Assembly: GCA_963823335.1 (NCBI GenBank)
Contig: CAWGLD010000001.1
Coordinates: 640,001-704,000, forward strand
Direction: 5' to 3'
Length of the DNA stretch: 64,000 nucleotides
Origin: an uncultured delta proteobacterium
GTDB taxonomy: Bacteria; Desulfobacterota; Desulfobacteria; Desulfobacterales; B30-G6
The notes under the pieces are model-generated. The model ran no database searches and had not been told where the DNA came from. It saw only the letters and a program-made list of their open reading frames with translations. Both the position numbers and the translations under genes were made by a program. Shown piece by piece: positions 9,505 to 20,415 of this stretch (its first letter is position 1; each line of letters starts with the position of its first letter).

Positions 9505-9966
9505 ATGACAGACAAAAATCAAGAAATCACTATCTCAAAAGAGGATGCCGTTTTCTGGATGGATGGCAATGGCCGGTGGCACAACCAGCACGGGGAATTC
9601 GAACATAAGAAGGTCATCGCTTATTTTAACCAGTCCATCGGATACGACGCTGACGGATATTTTGTCAGCCAGGTGCGGGGAGACGTGGTTGAGAAGGTCT
9701 ATTTTCCATACCAGGAAACCGCCCTCTTCGTCGTCGACATTCTTGGGAATGACAACGTGCGACTCCTGCTCAACACCCGAAAGCAGGTTCCTCTGAATCC
9801 GGAAAAACTCTTCGTCAGAAATGACACCCTGTTCATGCACTTCGAAAACCAGTTGATCAAGTTTACGGATCGGGGCATGATAAAATTGTCCGACCGGCTT
9901 GACGATCTGAACGGGCAGTTCACGATTCGCTTTAACGGCGTGCGCCATGTCATCCCTGAGGCTTGA
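9505..9966 (+). CDS. Conserved hypothetical protein (DUF1285-like)
   Basis: GAGGA RBS; FWMDGNGRWH and EKVYFPY..TALFV pattern. Confidence 0.7.
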   Translation: MTDKNQEITISKEDAVFWMDGNGRWHNQHGEFEHKKVIAYFNQSIGYDADGYFVSQVRGDVVEKVYFPYQETALFVVDILGNDNVRLLLNTRKQVPLNPEKLFVRNDTLFMHFENQLIKFTDRGMIKLSDRLDDLNGQFTIRFNGVRHVIPEA

Positions 9967-9985
9967 ATCGGTCAACCGGTGTCAC

Positions 9986-10792
9986 TCATCCGCCCGTCCG
10001 CAGGGTCGCAGCTTTCAGAACCTTGACGGATTCTGAAAGAATCCCTACCAAGCCGGGGTCTTCGATATGCGCTTCGATCAGTTTTTCGAAGGCGCTCCCC
10101 ACCACGACACCATCCGCCACGGCCGCGATCCCCGCCACATGGTCGGGGGTTGAAATGCCAAAGCCCACACAAATGGGCAGGGCCGTGATTGCTCGCAGAG
10201 GCGTGATCTTCTTGGCAATGTCCGCAAAATCCAGCCCATGACTGCCGGTGACGCCGGTCTTGGAAACCAGATACAAAAACCCCTTGCCGGCCCCGGCTAT
10301 TGCGGCCATACGATCTTGTGGGGTGGTGGGGGCCACCAGGCGTATCAAGGCCAGCTCCTGCCCCCCCCACACATCCGTCATTTCATCCGATTCCTCAGGC
10401 GGCAGGTCCACCACCAGCACACCATCCGCACCTGCACTAAGGGCGTCCCGGTAAAACCGGGCTGCACCGTAATTGAATATGGGATTGTAATAGCTGAAAA
10501 GAACGATGGGTATGCCGGTTTGCGTGCGGACCTTGCGGGTCATGGCCAGGACGGTCGTCAGGGATGTCCCCTTTTCAAGAGATCTTTCCGAAGATCTTTG
10601 AATAACCGGTCCGTCAGCGCTGGGGTCGGAAAACGGGATACCCAGCTCCAGGATATCCAGACCCGATCCACACATACCCAGGATAATTTCCAAAGACAGT
10701 TCAGGCGTCGGGTCACCGGCCGTGACAAACCCCACCAGTGCTTTTTCATTTTTCTGCTGTAGATTTAAAAATGTTTTTTGGATTCGATTCAT
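9986..10792 (-). CDS. trpA: Tryptophan synthase alpha chain
   Basis: [29 protein letters not shown] and ADGVVVGSA; start at MNRIQ. Confidence 0.96.
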   Translation of the reverse strand: MNRIQKTFLNLQQKNEKALVGFVTAGDPTPELSLEIILGMCGSGLDILELGIPFSDPSADGPVIQRSSERSLEKGTSLTTVLAMTRKVRTQTGIPIVLFSYYNPIFNYGAARFYRDALSAGADGVLVVDLPPEESDEMTDVWGGQELALIRLVAPTTPQDRMAAIAGAGKGFLYLVSKTGVTGSHGLDFADIAKKITPLRAITALPICVGFGISTPDHVAGIAAVADGVVVGSAFEKLIEAHIEDPGLVGILSESVKVLKAATLRTGG

Positions 10793-10937
10793 ATAATACC
10801 CCTTTACTGCATTGTAACCGTTTTCATGAATAGATATTGTTTCCCCGCCGAAGCACCAGTCAAAAGTCAGACGGAACACATACATGGCAACAACTATAAA
10901 GCGGCAAAGCCGCGTCAGATAATATCGTGCAACGCTT

Positions 10938-12158
10938 TTATTCGGGAAATACAATCCCCAGATCCTTGTCTCCCCTGCCGGACAGATTGACCACGATGAT
11001 CTCATCAGGGGACCGCCGGGCCGCTTCCTTGATGGCATGGGCCAGGGCATGAGAGCTTTCCAGCGCCGGAAGAATGCCTTCCAGAGTACAGAGCTTGTGG
11101 AAGGCCGTCAGGGCTTCCGCGTCGGTAACGGTGACGTATTCCGCCCGCCCGATATCCTTGAAAAGAGCATGTTCAGGCCCTACTCCCGGATAATCGAGCC
11201 CGGCCGATATGGAGTGGGCCTCTTTTATCTGCCCGTTTGGATCCTGAAGCACATAGGACTTGGCCCCGTGCAAGACACCGACGCTTCCCGCCGTTAGGGT
11301 TGCAGCATGTTTTCCGGTGTCCATCCCCTGGCCACCGGCCTCCACGCCGATCATGGGCACATGGTCCTGGAGAAAAGGAAAAAAGAGCCCCATGGCATTG
11401 CTGCCGCCCCCCACACAGGCGATAAGAACATCCGGCAGCCGGCGGGTCATCTGCAGGATCTGCTTGCGGGTCTCTTCGCCGATAATTCTCTGAAAGTCGC
11501 GTACCATCTGTGGATATGGGTGGGGGCCTGCCACGGAGCCGATAACATAAAATGTGTCCTGGACCGAAGAAACCCAGAAGCGCATGGCCTCGTTCATGGC
11601 ATCTTTGAGTGTTCCGGTGCCGGTCTTTACCGGAACAATCTGCGCCCCCAAAAGCGTCATACGCCGCACATTGGGTGCCTGGCGGCGGATGTCTTCGGTA
11701 CCCATAAAAATCCGACATTCCATTCCAAAAAGCGCGGCCGTGGTGGCTGTAGCGACGCCATGCTGTCCGGCACCGGTTTCCGCAATCAACTTGCTTTTAC
11801 CTGTCCATTGGGCCAGCAGTCCCTGACCTAGAGTATTGTTGATTTTATGCGCCCCGGTATGGACCAGGTCTTCGCGTTTCAGATAGATGGCGGCACCCTT
11901 GGTATCATCGCTCAATCGACGGGCATGAAACAGGGGCGTCGGCCTGCCGGCATAGGTCTCGAGAAGTCGGCACAGCTCCCGCTGGAACGCAGAGACTCCC
12001 TGTATCTTTTGATATGATTCCTCCAGTTCCAGAAGCGCCGGCATAAGCGTCTCCCCGACATAACGACCCCCATAAGGTCCAAAATGCCCCTTTTTATCGG
12101 GATAGGGATGGGGCCCTGTCTGATCGGGTCCATGATTGGTTTGATCCGTTCTCAACAT
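10938..12158 (-). CDS. trpB: Tryptophan synthase beta chain
   Basis: [37 protein letters not shown] and NLSGRGDKD. Confidence 0.97.
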   Translation of the reverse strand: MLRTDQTNHGPDQTGPHPYPDKKGHFGPYGGRYVGETLMPALLELEESYQKIQGVSAFQRELCRLLETYAGRPTPLFHARRLSDDTKGAAIYLKREDLVHTGAHKINNTLGQGLLAQWTGKSKLIAETGAGQHGVATATTAALFGMECRIFMGTEDIRRQAPNVRRMTLLGAQIVPVKTGTGTLKDAMNEAMRFWVSSVQDTFYVIGSVAGPHPYPQMVRDFQRIIGEETRKQILQMTRRLPDVLIACVGGGSNAMGLFFPFLQDHVPMIGVEAGGQGMDTGKHAATLTAGSVGVLHGAKSYVLQDPNGQIKEAHSISAGLDYPGVGPEHALFKDIGRAEYVTVTDAEALTAFHKLCTLEGILPALESSHALAHAIKEAARRSPDEIIVVNLSGRGDKDLGIVFPE

Positions 12159-12864
12159 TAAATATCCTCCTGTTTGGTTTGGTTATGAGGGTCTTTTGGG
12201 TGGCCATAATAAATTGCTTCACTTTGCTGAGATCTTTTTCCCCGGGCATACTCTCAACACCGGAACTGACGTCCACAGCATCCGCTTGACATTGCGCTAT
12301 GGCTTGCCTGACATTGTCAACGGTGAGCCCCCCGGCCAGAACAAGGGCGACGTCTCGCCCGAAATTATGTAACAGGGAAAAATCCCAGGCCCTGGCATTG
12401 CCTCCCGGCAGGGGTCCCAGGCCACATTCCACCAGAAAGGCTGGCGCCGGGTAATGGTCGGTTTGGGTGAAAAAGGGTTCACGATGACTGAAAAGCGCCT
12501 TGATGACCGTTAGCCCCTGGTCACTTAATTTTTTCACGAGATCCGGCGGTTCCATACCGTGCAGCTGAACAGCCTGTAACCCAACTTTCCGGGTAACCTG
12601 CATGATGATATCAAAGGTTTCATCCACAAAGACACCCACCCTGCAGACAGACGGCGGCAGTGCCATGCAAATTTCTCGCGCCTGACCGACCGTGACATAT
12701 CTTGGACTTTGGGCATAAAAAACGAGACCGATGGCATCCGCACCCAGGGAGGCACAAGTTACAGCCTCATGGATGCGTGTCAGACCACAGATTTTAACCT
12801 GGGGCGAATAAAGGTTCTTTGCTGAATTCTGCGCCAGTTCTGTTCTGTTCATTCTGTTATGCAC
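12094..12864 (-). CDS. trpF: Phosphoribosylanthranilate isomerase
   Basis: VKICGLT, VQLHG, LAGGL and VDVSSGVE; start uncertain. Confidence 0.93.
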   Translation of the reverse strand: MHNRMNRTELAQNSAKNLYSPQVKICGLTRIHEAVTCASLGADAIGLVFYAQSPRYVTVGQAREICMALPPSVCRVGVFVDETFDIIMQVTRKVGLQAVQLHGMEPPDLVKKLSDQGLTVIKALFSHREPFFTQTDHYPAPAFLVECGLGPLPGGNARAWDFSLLHNFGRDVALVLAGGLTVDNVRQAIAQCQADAVDVSSGVESMPGEKDLSKVKQFIMATQKTLITKPNRRIFNVENGSNQSWTRSDRAPSLSR

Positions 12865-13651
12865 ACTGAACCTCCAGGTAGGATCTCAAGCGCTCGCCCG
12901 GGTGGCCGGACCGTACAAGACTTTCACCGATCAGAAAATTGTGCAGACCAGCCCGGCAGTTCCTGACAATGTCAGCCCTGTTCTGAATACCGCTGGCCAC
13001 GACAGGTATCTGCTTCGGGCCAAGCAGTTTGCCCATATCCAGGGCTCTTTCAGTATGGGTTTCAAATGTGGAAAGATCGCGGTTGTTGATACCGATCAGT
13101 CTGGTATCGATCCCCGCGGTCCTGCTGACATCTTCCTGTGAATGCACCTCCACCAGCGCTTCGAGATTCAACTCACGGCATAAGGCAAGATAGCGTGTGA
13201 GCTGCTTCAGGGTCAGAATTCTCACGATCAGCAGAATGGCATCGGCACCCATGGCGGCCGATTCCAACACCTGGTATTCGGATATGATAAAGTCCTTGCG
13301 TAAAACCGGAATGCTTGTCACCGCTTTTACCTGATGCAGATCATCGGGCCCGCCCTTGAAAAATCGGCTGTCCGTCAAAACCGAGATGGCAGCAGCACCC
13401 GATTCTTCATAGATACGTGCCATTTCTGCGGCATCGAGAGTTTCGCGCAATATGCCCTTGGAAGGGGAAGCGCGTTTGATTTCAGCAATAATGTTCACCT
13501 GGCCCGGCCGGCACAAGGCCTGGCTCAACGACCGTCTGGGCCTGTCCTGACGGATGGTTTTCATCAGTGCCGCTTCGGGAGTTCTTCGTCTGGCCTCCGC
13601 AACCTCCTGTTGCTTGTGTTGCACGATGGTTTCAAGAAAGGGTTTTGCCAT
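12857..13651 (-). CDS. trpC: Indole-3-glycerol phosphate synthase
   Basis: IIAEIKRASPSKG, PVLRKDFI and IGINNRDL. Confidence 0.95.
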   Translation of the reverse strand: MAKPFLETIVQHKQQEVAEARRRTPEAALMKTIRQDRPRRSLSQALCRPGQVNIIAEIKRASPSKGILRETLDAAEMARIYEESGAAAISVLTDSRFFKGGPDDLHQVKAVTSIPVLRKDFIISEYQVLESAAMGADAILLIVRILTLKQLTRYLALCRELNLEALVEVHSQEDVSRTAGIDTRLIGINNRDLSTFETHTERALDMGKLLGPKQIPVVASGIQNRADIVRNCRAGLHNFLIGESLVRSGHPGERLRSYLEVQCA

Positions 13652-13702
13652 GCTGCAGCTCCTTTGGATTTCCTTTAATCAGCTTTGCCATAATTCCAGG
13701 GA

Positions 13703-14716
13703 TCACGCCTGATTGGTAAACTGAATAAGCTGGTAGAGCTTATCTTCAGCCGCCCCGGAATCGACGGCCTCACCTGCCAGATGGATACCGTCCTTGATGT
13801 CTGCAGCCTCACCTGCCACCACCAGAGCCGCACCTGCATTCAACAGCACCACATCCCGTCTGGGCCCTTTTTCCCCTTTCAGGATCCCCAGAGTGATGGC
13901 TGCATTCTCAGACGGGCCGCCGCCTGCCAGATCCTGCAAATCGGTGTTCCGGTCAAAGAATTGATCGGGCAACAGATCATAGGTCTTGATTTTTCCGTCG
14001 ATCAATTCGGAGATGCGTGTGGGAGCACTGAGGGATATTTCATCCAGCCCATCGTGGCCATGGACGACAAAAGCGCGCCGGGTTCCCATGCCCTGCAGGG
14101 CCTGGGCGAACATTTCCGTCAATTCGGGGGCATACACGCCCAGGAGTTGACAATTCGCGCCGGCAGGGTTGGTCAGGGGGCCCAGCATATTGAAAATAGA
14201 CCGGATACCCACTTCCTTTCTGGCAGTTGCGGCGAACTTCATGGCGCCATGATACAATGGCGCAAACAGAAACCCGATATTGATGTCGCAAATCCCCTCT
14301 TCAACCATTTCCGGGTCAAGATTCAGGTTGACACCCAGGGCTTCCAGAAGATCGGCGCTGCCGCACCGGCTGGACACGGAACGATTGCCGTGTTTTGCCA
14401 CCGTAACCCCACAACCCGCAACCACCAGGGCCGTGGTGGTGGAAATATTGAAGGTGCTGGCTCCATCACCGCCGGTCCCGCAGGTATCGAGCACAACGGA
14501 GCGGGTGCCCTGAACACGCTTGGCCTTCCTGCGCATGGCCCTGGCAGCACCGATCAGCTCTTCGAAGGTTTCTCCCTTGGTGGACAATGCCCCTATGAAT
14601 GCGCCGATCTGTGAATGGGTGATGGTACCAGACAAAATTTCCGTGATCATCTGCGACATGGTCTCTTCGCTCAAATTCCTGCCCCTGATGATTTCTTGCA
14701 ACCCTTCTTTGAACAT
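13703..14716 (-). CDS. trpD: Anthranilate phosphoribosyltransferase
   Basis: DTCGTGGDG, FNIST and AKHGNRSVSS. Confidence 0.96.
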   Translation of the reverse strand: MFKEGLQEIIRGRNLSEETMSQMITEILSGTITHSQIGAFIGALSTKGETFEELIGAARAMRRKAKRVQGTRSVVLDTCGTGGDGASTFNISTTTALVVAGCGVTVAKHGNRSVSSRCGSADLLEALGVNLNLDPEMVEEGICDINIGFLFAPLYHGAMKFAATARKEVGIRSIFNMLGPLTNPAGANCQLLGVYAPELTEMFAQALQGMGTRRAFVVHGHDGLDEISLSAPTRISELIDGKIKTYDLLPDQFFDRNTDLQDLAGGGPSENAAITLGILKGEKGPRRDVVLLNAGAALVVAGEAADIKDGIHLAGEAVDSGAAEDKLYQLIQFTNQA

Positions 14717-14727
14717 AGACTTTCTCC

Positions 14728-15384
14728 TTATTCGGTCTTAGGCCCTTTTTCGTGTTTTCGTACTTTCGTGATTTGGTGATAAAGATCTTTTTCTTTTCCT
14801 GTTTGTCCGGGTTGGCTTATTGTCTGCGACAAAAAATTTCTCAACAACCGTTTGCCCACCGTGGTCATGATGGATTCCGGATGAAACTGGACACCTTCGG
14901 TTGGGTGTTCCCGGTGACGGATACCCATGATCTCGCCATCATCGGATTCCGACGAAATATCGAACACACCCGGCAGAGTATCTCTGTTTACCGCAAGTGA
15001 ATGATAGCGCATGGCCTTGAACGGCGAACGGATTTTTTGATAAATTGCCTTGCCGTCTCCGGTGACATCGGAAGTTTTGCCATGCATGATGTTTTTTGCA
15101 GAAACAATCTGACCCCCAAAAGCCATGGCAATGGCCTGGTGCCCGAGACACACCCCCAGCAAGGGAATTTTACCGCTGAAGATCTGAATGGTATCAACCG
15201 AAATACCGGCATCCTCGGGTCGCCCAGGTCCCGGTGAAATGACGATACCAGAAGGATCTAAGTCCCTGAGCGCATTCACGCTGGTCTTGTCGTTGCGGAA
15301 CACCTGAACATCCGCCCCGAGTTCCTCCATGTATTGCACCAGGTTATAGGTAAACGAGTCATAGTTATCGATCATAATGATCAT
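14728..15384 (-). CDS. trpG: Anthranilate synthase component II (glutamine amidotransferase)
   Basis: IDNYDSFTYNL, SPGPG, GVCLGHQ and FHPES; AAGGAG RBS before the ATG at 15384. Confidence 0.95.
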   Translation of the reverse strand: MIIMIDNYDSFTYNLVQYMEELGADVQVFRNDKTSVNALRDLDPSGIVISPGPGRPEDAGISVDTIQIFSGKIPLLGVCLGHQAIAMAFGGQIVSAKNIMHGKTSDVTGDGKAIYQKIRSPFKAMRYHSLAVNRDTLPGVFDISSESDDGEIMGIRHREHPTEGVQFHPESIMTTVGKRLLRNFLSQTISQPGQTGKEKDLYHQITKVRKHEKGPKTE

Positions 15385-15471
15385 GTCCGTTCTCCTTTCA
15401 GTAAATCCATTGTATGCTGGAAAACGAGGATGCCTGGAAACTGGGATGCTGCTGTCAGCCACCCTCGAACC

Positions 15472-16947
15472 CTACTCTTGCATCATCTCCAGGGCTTTCT
15501 GGATTGACATGGCTTTGTTGACGGTTTCGGCATACTCCTTCTCCGGGTCGGAATCGACAACAATACCGGCCCCGGCTCTCACGGTCAGACGGCCCTTTTC
15601 GATACAGGCCGTACGAATCGTTATGGCCAGATCCATGTTGCCGCCGAATGAAATGTAGCCCACGGCACCGCCATAAGGTCCCCGCGGTTCGGTTTCGAAC
15701 ATGGAAATCAGCTCCATGGCCCGCACCTTGGGTGCGCCGCTCAGGGTTCCTGCCGGGAAGGTGGCTTTCAGAAGATCCCAGGCGTTCAGGTCACCCCTGA
15801 GATCACAGCAGATATTGGATACCATGTGCATGACGTGCGAATAACGTTCGATGATCATCAGATCCGTAACCTGCACGGTACCTGTCTCGGCAACACGTCC
15901 GAGATCGTTTCTACCCAGATCCACCAGCATGAGATGTTCGGCTTTTTCTTTTTCATCTTTGAGCAGTTCATCGGCCAGGGCGCGGTCCTCTTTTTCTGTT
16001 TCGCCCCTTGGCCGCGTACCGGCGATAGGTCGCAGTGTGGCAACCCCATTTTCAAGACGCACCATGGTTTCCGGCGAAGACCCCACCAGGGTTATGTCGT
16101 CCAGTTTCATGAAATAGAGATACGGTGAGGGATTGATGTAACGCTGGGCCCTGTACAACAGCCATGGGTCAGGAGCCGCGTCATATACAAATGGCTGGGA
16201 AATGACGGCCTGAATGATATCTCCCTGATAAATGAACGCTTTGATTTTCTTGACAATGTCCTGGTACGACGATGCCTGGGGAGATACCCGCAGGACAGGT
16301 TTGTGCGTTAAAAACTTTGTACGCATTTTTGGAACCGGTGAGGCAATAATGTGCAAAATTTCCTTTATGCGGTCATGGGCCTTGTCGAATACGTCTGCGG
16401 GTGCCATGCCATCTGAAATAAATCCCGTCACGACGCAGTAAAGCGTGTGACGGACATTATCAAAAATGATCAACTCATCCGGCAGAATAAAATGCGCCAG
16501 GGGTTTGGCGGAATCATACTGATGTGGAATCGCTTCGAAAAATGAAACCATCTCGTAGGACAGATAACCCACGATACCACCCCAGAAGCGTGGCAGGTCG
16601 GAAATCTGTGCCGGTAAATACCGCGCCATAAAGCCTTTCAGAATCTTTAACGGATCACCCTTGTGGGGAAGACTTTCCGATTGGTCTGCGGTCTGGATTT
16701 CGACTGCCTCGGCATACACCTTGAGGTGACATTTTGCCGATATACCCAAAAAGCTGAAACGACCCCAGCGTTCCCCTCCGGCGGCGCTTTCCAGCAGAAA
16801 GACAGGCTTGGGGGTGTCATAGAATTTCTGTAGAATGGAGACGGGTGTTTCCGTATCCGCCAGAATCTCCACCCAAACCGGTATCACATTAAATTTTTTG
16901 GCAAGTTCGCAAAATCTTGCTTTGTCCGGTAGTTGATTGATCTGCAT
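15472..16947 (-). CDS. trpE: Anthranilate synthase component I
   Basis: FLLES, NPSPY, PIAGTRPRG, EHLMLVDLGRND and GTLSGAPK; AAGGAG RBS. Confidence 0.96.
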   Translation of the reverse strand: MQINQLPDKARFCELAKKFNVIPVWVEILADTETPVSILQKFYDTPKPVFLLESAAGGERWGRFSFLGISAKCHLKVYAEAVEIQTADQSESLPHKGDPLKILKGFMARYLPAQISDLPRFWGGIVGYLSYEMVSFFEAIPHQYDSAKPLAHFILPDELIIFDNVRHTLYCVVTGFISDGMAPADVFDKAHDRIKEILHIIASPVPKMRTKFLTHKPVLRVSPQASSYQDIVKKIKAFIYQGDIIQAVISQPFVYDAAPDPWLLYRAQRYINPSPYLYFMKLDDITLVGSSPETMVRLENGVATLRPIAGTRPRGETEKEDRALADELLKDEKEKAEHLMLVDLGRNDLGRVAETGTVQVTDLMIIERYSHVMHMVSNICCDLRGDLNAWDLLKATFPAGTLSGAPKVRAMELISMFETEPRGPYGGAVGYISFGGNMDLAITIRTACIEKGRLTVRAGAGIVVDSDPEKEYAETVNKAMSIQKALEMMQE

Positions 16948-17081
16948 TGAATCTGTCTCCTTCATACCCATGCTGTTTGTCAGAATAACGTTCCGAAACT
17001 GCTTCGGCAAATAACGTCAAACAGCCGCCGAAGCGTTAGCCTAAAGCCAAACGGAGCATCCTTATGACAACGGCTATAAGC

Positions 17082-17117
17082 AAAAAAAGGGCCGTGGTTG
17101 CAGCCACGGCCCTTTTT
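17082..17117 (-). terminator. Second (distal) terminator hairpin of the trp leader
   Basis: AAAAAGGGCCGTGG-CTGCAA-CCACGGCCC-T7 on the minus strand. Confidence 0.85.
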
Positions 17118-17124
17118 CATGCAT

Positions 17125-17160
17125 AAAAAAAGCCGCGGTGAGTCGAGCTGCCCGCGGCTT
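17125..17160 (-). terminator. Attenuator terminator (3:4) of the trp leader
   Basis: AAGCCGCGG...CCGCGGC-T7; its 5' arm can instead pair with CTGCCTACGG in the leader. Confidence 0.85.
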
Positions 17161-17185
17161 GTTTCAATCTATGTCACTTATGGTA

Positions 17186-17272
17186 TTACACGTATAAAAC
17201 TCCGTAGGCAGGTCTGGATATTTGAACCTGCCACCACCAAAATCGACTGTTTGTTTGTATAAAATGATTCAT
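17186..17272 (-). CDS. trpL: trp operon leader peptide MNHFIQTNSRFWWWQVQISRPAYGVLYV
   Basis: 28-aa ORF with three consecutive TGG codons, GAGGT RBS, followed by attenuator hairpins and trpE. Confidence 0.9.
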   Translation of the reverse strand: MNHFIQTNSRFWWWQVQISRPAYGVLYV

Positions 17273-17353
17273 GACGGTGACCTCTATCACAGTGCGAAAA
17301 CACTGGCAAGTTGTTTCTGTATCGGATCGGCAAAACCCTCCCGGATCATCCGC

Positions 17354-18085
17354 TTATGACTTTTTTCCCAGGCGCTGATGAATCCTCTGAACGGCCGCCA
17401 TGAAAGCAGATCGGCTCTCCGCGGCATAGGGGTTGTAGGTATTCATGTCCTCGAACAACTGCCAGGTGTCGTTTTCCACCACCCCAAGAACATGCAGCAG
17501 TCGCTGGTAACCTTCGGTGTCGACATCCAGGGGCGTGGCCCCGAATTCGGACAGGGACCGGCCGATAAAATGTGTCAGCGCAAGACTGACGGCGATCTGC
17601 CGGTCATGCACTTCCGGTGTGGCTTCGATGACCATCAATCCCTTGGACATCAGATAGGATTTAATTTTATGGCAGGCCGAATCATTGATCCTTTCTGCAC
17701 ACACAACAATCTTTCTCCCCTGGAGCGTATGGGCGGCACTGTCGGGGCCGAACATGGGGTGGGTCGCCAGGATGGACACCTGTTCCGGCAACAACTCTTT
17801 CATCAACCTGACCGGGTATTCCTTGACCGAGCACACATCGATCACCAGGGCATCCGGATCCAGCAGCGGTGCAATCGTTTCGAGGGTATCACGTAAAACA
17901 GATATGGGCACCGAGAGGATGATTATTTTTTGACGACATGCCACGTCAAGAGATGCGGGTTTCGCACCGCTTGCCAGAATCGCATGGGCATTATCACTAC
18001 GGTTGTAGATCATGACATCAAAATCTTTTGCCAGGTAATGTGCCATCAGTTTTCCGAATCGACCAAACCCCAAGATACCGATCAT
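17354..18085 (-). CDS. tyrA: Prephenate/arogenate dehydrogenase
   Basis: GILGFGRFG, DVCSVK, THPMFGP and HD..IA...ALTH. Confidence 0.88.
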   Translation of the reverse strand: MIGILGFGRFGKLMAHYLAKDFDVMIYNRSDNAHAILASGAKPASLDVACRQKIIILSVPISVLRDTLETIAPLLDPDALVIDVCSVKEYPVRLMKELLPEQVSILATHPMFGPDSAAHTLQGRKIVVCAERINDSACHKIKSYLMSKGLMVIEATPEVHDRQIAVSLALTHFIGRSLSEFGATPLDVDTEGYQRLLHVLGVVENDTWQLFEDMNTYNPYAAESRSAFMAAVQRIHQRLGKKS

Positions 18086-19212
18086 AATACGCTCGCAATC
18101 CTTTGAAAACCAGTTATCAGCTCTTTTTCCGGAACAGCATAGGATATCCGGATATGGCCTCCCGTTCCGAAAGCCTCACCGGGGACCACCGCAACACCCC
18201 CTTTTTCGAGAAGATGGGCAGAAAAATTTTCGGATGTGTAGCCTTCTTTCAAATATTGAGACACATCCGGGAAAAGGTAAAAGCCACCCGCGGGCTTAAT
18301 GCAGTCGAACTGTCGACATGCATATTCATAAGCCAGATCTCTTTTTTTCTTCATTCGTGCACAATTCTCTTCCATCAGCAAGGGATCCAGGGAGAGAGCC
18401 GCCAGGGCACCTTCCTGGGCAAAGGTGCATACATTGCCGGTCAGATGGCTTTGAAGCCGGGCCATCGCTGCAATGACTTCTCTGGGTGCCGCCACATAGC
18501 CGACCCTGAAGCCTGTCATACCATAGGTTTTTGAAAAACTCCTCACCACAATAAGTCTGTCCCGAATATCTTCCATACTGGAAAAACCGTCCGACAGACC
18601 GTCTTCATACAGGAAGGCGCAATAGGCTTCATCCGCAATGATGAACAGATTCCTTGATACGGCGATATCGGCAATCTTTCTCAAAACGCTGAAAGGATAG
18701 ACAGCCCCTGTGGGGTTGTTGGGAGAGTTAATGATAATTGCACGGGTCCGATCCGTCACAGCTTCGGCCACAGCCCGGCAGTCGAGCTGGTGCGCCACGG
18801 TGTCCACGAACACCGGAACTGCGGAAGCGAGTCTCACCTGCTCTGAAAAACTGACCCAGTAGGGTCGTGGAACGATCACCTCGTCCAGCGGGTTACAGAT
18901 GATCTGGAAGATGGCATAAAGGGCTTGCTTGGAGCCGTTGGAAATGATGATGTTCTCTTCATTGTAGCCTTCAATCTGTTTGGAAAGCCTGGATCTCAGC
19001 GCCTTGATTCCCTGGACAGCACTGTAACGTGTCTTCCCGTCGTCAAGAGCTTGTTTGGTAGCAGCAACCACAGATAGCGGTGTTTCATGATCGGGTTCAC
19101 CCACGGCCAGGTTGATGATGGACTCACCTTTTGCGGCACGCCTGGCCAACAGGGATGTAAACTGTACGGTTCTGGATTCCGTGACAGCCGTCAGGCGATC
19201 GGAGAGTCTCAT
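18082..19212 (-). CDS. Class I/II PLP aminotransferase (aspartate/prephenate aminotransferase-like)
   Basis: [16 protein letters not shown] and [14 protein letters not shown]; lies between aroC and tyrA. Confidence 0.88.
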   Translation of the reverse strand: MRLSDRLTAVTESRTVQFTSLLARRAAKGESIINLAVGEPDHETPLSVVAATKQALDDGKTRYSAVQGIKALRSRLSKQIEGYNEENIIISNGSKQALYAIFQIICNPLDEVIVPRPYWVSFSEQVRLASAVPVFVDTVAHQLDCRAVAEAVTDRTRAIIINSPNNPTGAVYPFSVLRKIADIAVSRNLFIIADEAYCAFLYEDGLSDGFSSMEDIRDRLIVVRSFSKTYGMTGFRVGYVAAPREVIAAMARLQSHLTGNVCTFAQEGALAALSLDPLLMEENCARMKKKRDLAYEYACRQFDCIKPAGGFYLFPDVSQYLKEGYTSENFSAHLLEKGGVAVVPGEAFGTGGHIRISYAVPEKELITGFQRIASVL

Positions 19213-20300
19213 GACAGATCCTGTTTTCTTGTCTTCTGCAGCAACAGCATGTCTGCGATCACCAGGGCGGCCATCCCTTCCACAATGGGCACGGCACGCG
19301 GGACGACACAGGGATCGTGCCGCCCACTGGCTTCCAGAATCGTTTCGACACCTTCGAAATCAACGGTCTGTTGAGCGATTCCTATGGTGGCCGGGGGTTT
19401 GAAAGCCACCCGGAAATAAATCTGCTCACCGTTGGTAATACCACCCTGGATACCGCCGCTGAAATTGGTTTTGGTCCTCAAACCTTTTTCCGTCGCTATA
19501 AACGGGTCGTTGTGTTCCGAGCCCTGCATTCGGGTTCCGGAAAAGCCGGATCCGATTTCGAAACCCTTCGTGGCTGGAATCGACAGCATGGCCTGAGCCA
19601 GGGCTGCCTCCATTTTCCCGAACACCGGCTCTCCCAGACCTGCCGGAACCTGCCTGCAAACACAGTTCACAATACCGCCAATGGAATCCCGTTTCTCTTT
19701 CAGGGATTTGATGTGTTGGATCATCTTTTCTGCGGTTGCCAGATGGGGGCAGCGAATCAGGTTCTGATCCACCTCTTCCCGTGAGATCTGTTGCATATCG
19801 ATGTCGGGTGCCTGGATATTGCCCACGGCACTTACCCAGGCAACAATCTCCACACCTGAATGCTCCACGAGGATCCTCTCTGCGATGGCACCACCTGCCA
19901 CGCGTGCGATGGTTTCCCTGGCACTGGCCCTGCCACCGCCACTGACGGATCGCGTACCGTATTTTGCCTGGTATGTAAAATCGGCATGGGACGGCCGGGG
20001 AATGGTTCGAAACCGTTCATAATCTCCGGGCACCTGGTCATGGTTGGCCACATAAAAAGCGATGGGTGTTCCCAGCGTACGATCCTCTTCGACACCTGAG
20101 ACAATCGTAACCGTATCGGCTTCTTGTCTATCGGTGGTCAGAGAGCTCTGCCCCGGCCGCCTGCGATTCAACTGTGCTTGAATGTGCGCTTCCGTCAGGA
20201 AAACATTGGCAGGACACCCGTCCAGAACACCGCCCACGCTCTTCCCATGGGATTCCCCAAAACTTGTAAGACGCAACACCTTACCTAAATGACTCGACAT
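19209..20300 (-). CDS. aroC: Chorismate synthase
   Basis: [28 protein letters not shown] and GRHDPC. Confidence 0.97.
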   Translation of the reverse strand: MSSHLGKVLRLTSFGESHGKSVGGVLDGCPANVFLTEAHIQAQLNRRRPGQSSLTTDRQEADTVTIVSGVEEDRTLGTPIAFYVANHDQVPGDYERFRTIPRPSHADFTYQAKYGTRSVSGGGRASARETIARVAGGAIAERILVEHSGVEIVAWVSAVGNIQAPDIDMQQISREEVDQNLIRCPHLATAEKMIQHIKSLKEKRDSIGGIVNCVCRQVPAGLGEPVFGKMEAALAQAMLSIPATKGFEIGSGFSGTRMQGSEHNDPFIATEKGLRTKTNFSGGIQGGITNGEQIYFRVAFKPPATIGIAQQTVDFEGVETILEASGRHDPCVVPRAVPIVEGMAALVIADMLLLQKTRKQDLS

Positions 20301-20415
20301 GATGACTCCTCAATTATAGGGATAGGCTATAGACTATAGACTGTTAGTCATTTAGCGGCTTGCAGCCTGTAGCTCAACTTTCGGTTTTCACCATCGATAG
20401 AACGAAATGAGTGAT

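Noticed and set aside
10793-11050. N-terminal extensions in the ORF track for trpA, trpG, trpE, purN, proS, aguB and the 62240 gene
   Set aside because: Downstream starts match family N-termini, usually with a better RBS; the extensions overlap neighbours or promoters.
13781-14614. Long antisense ORFs (also 24694-25344, 42258-42932, 42948-43721, 46862-47518)
   Set aside because: Shadows of well-supported genes on the opposite strand, with no motifs or RBS.
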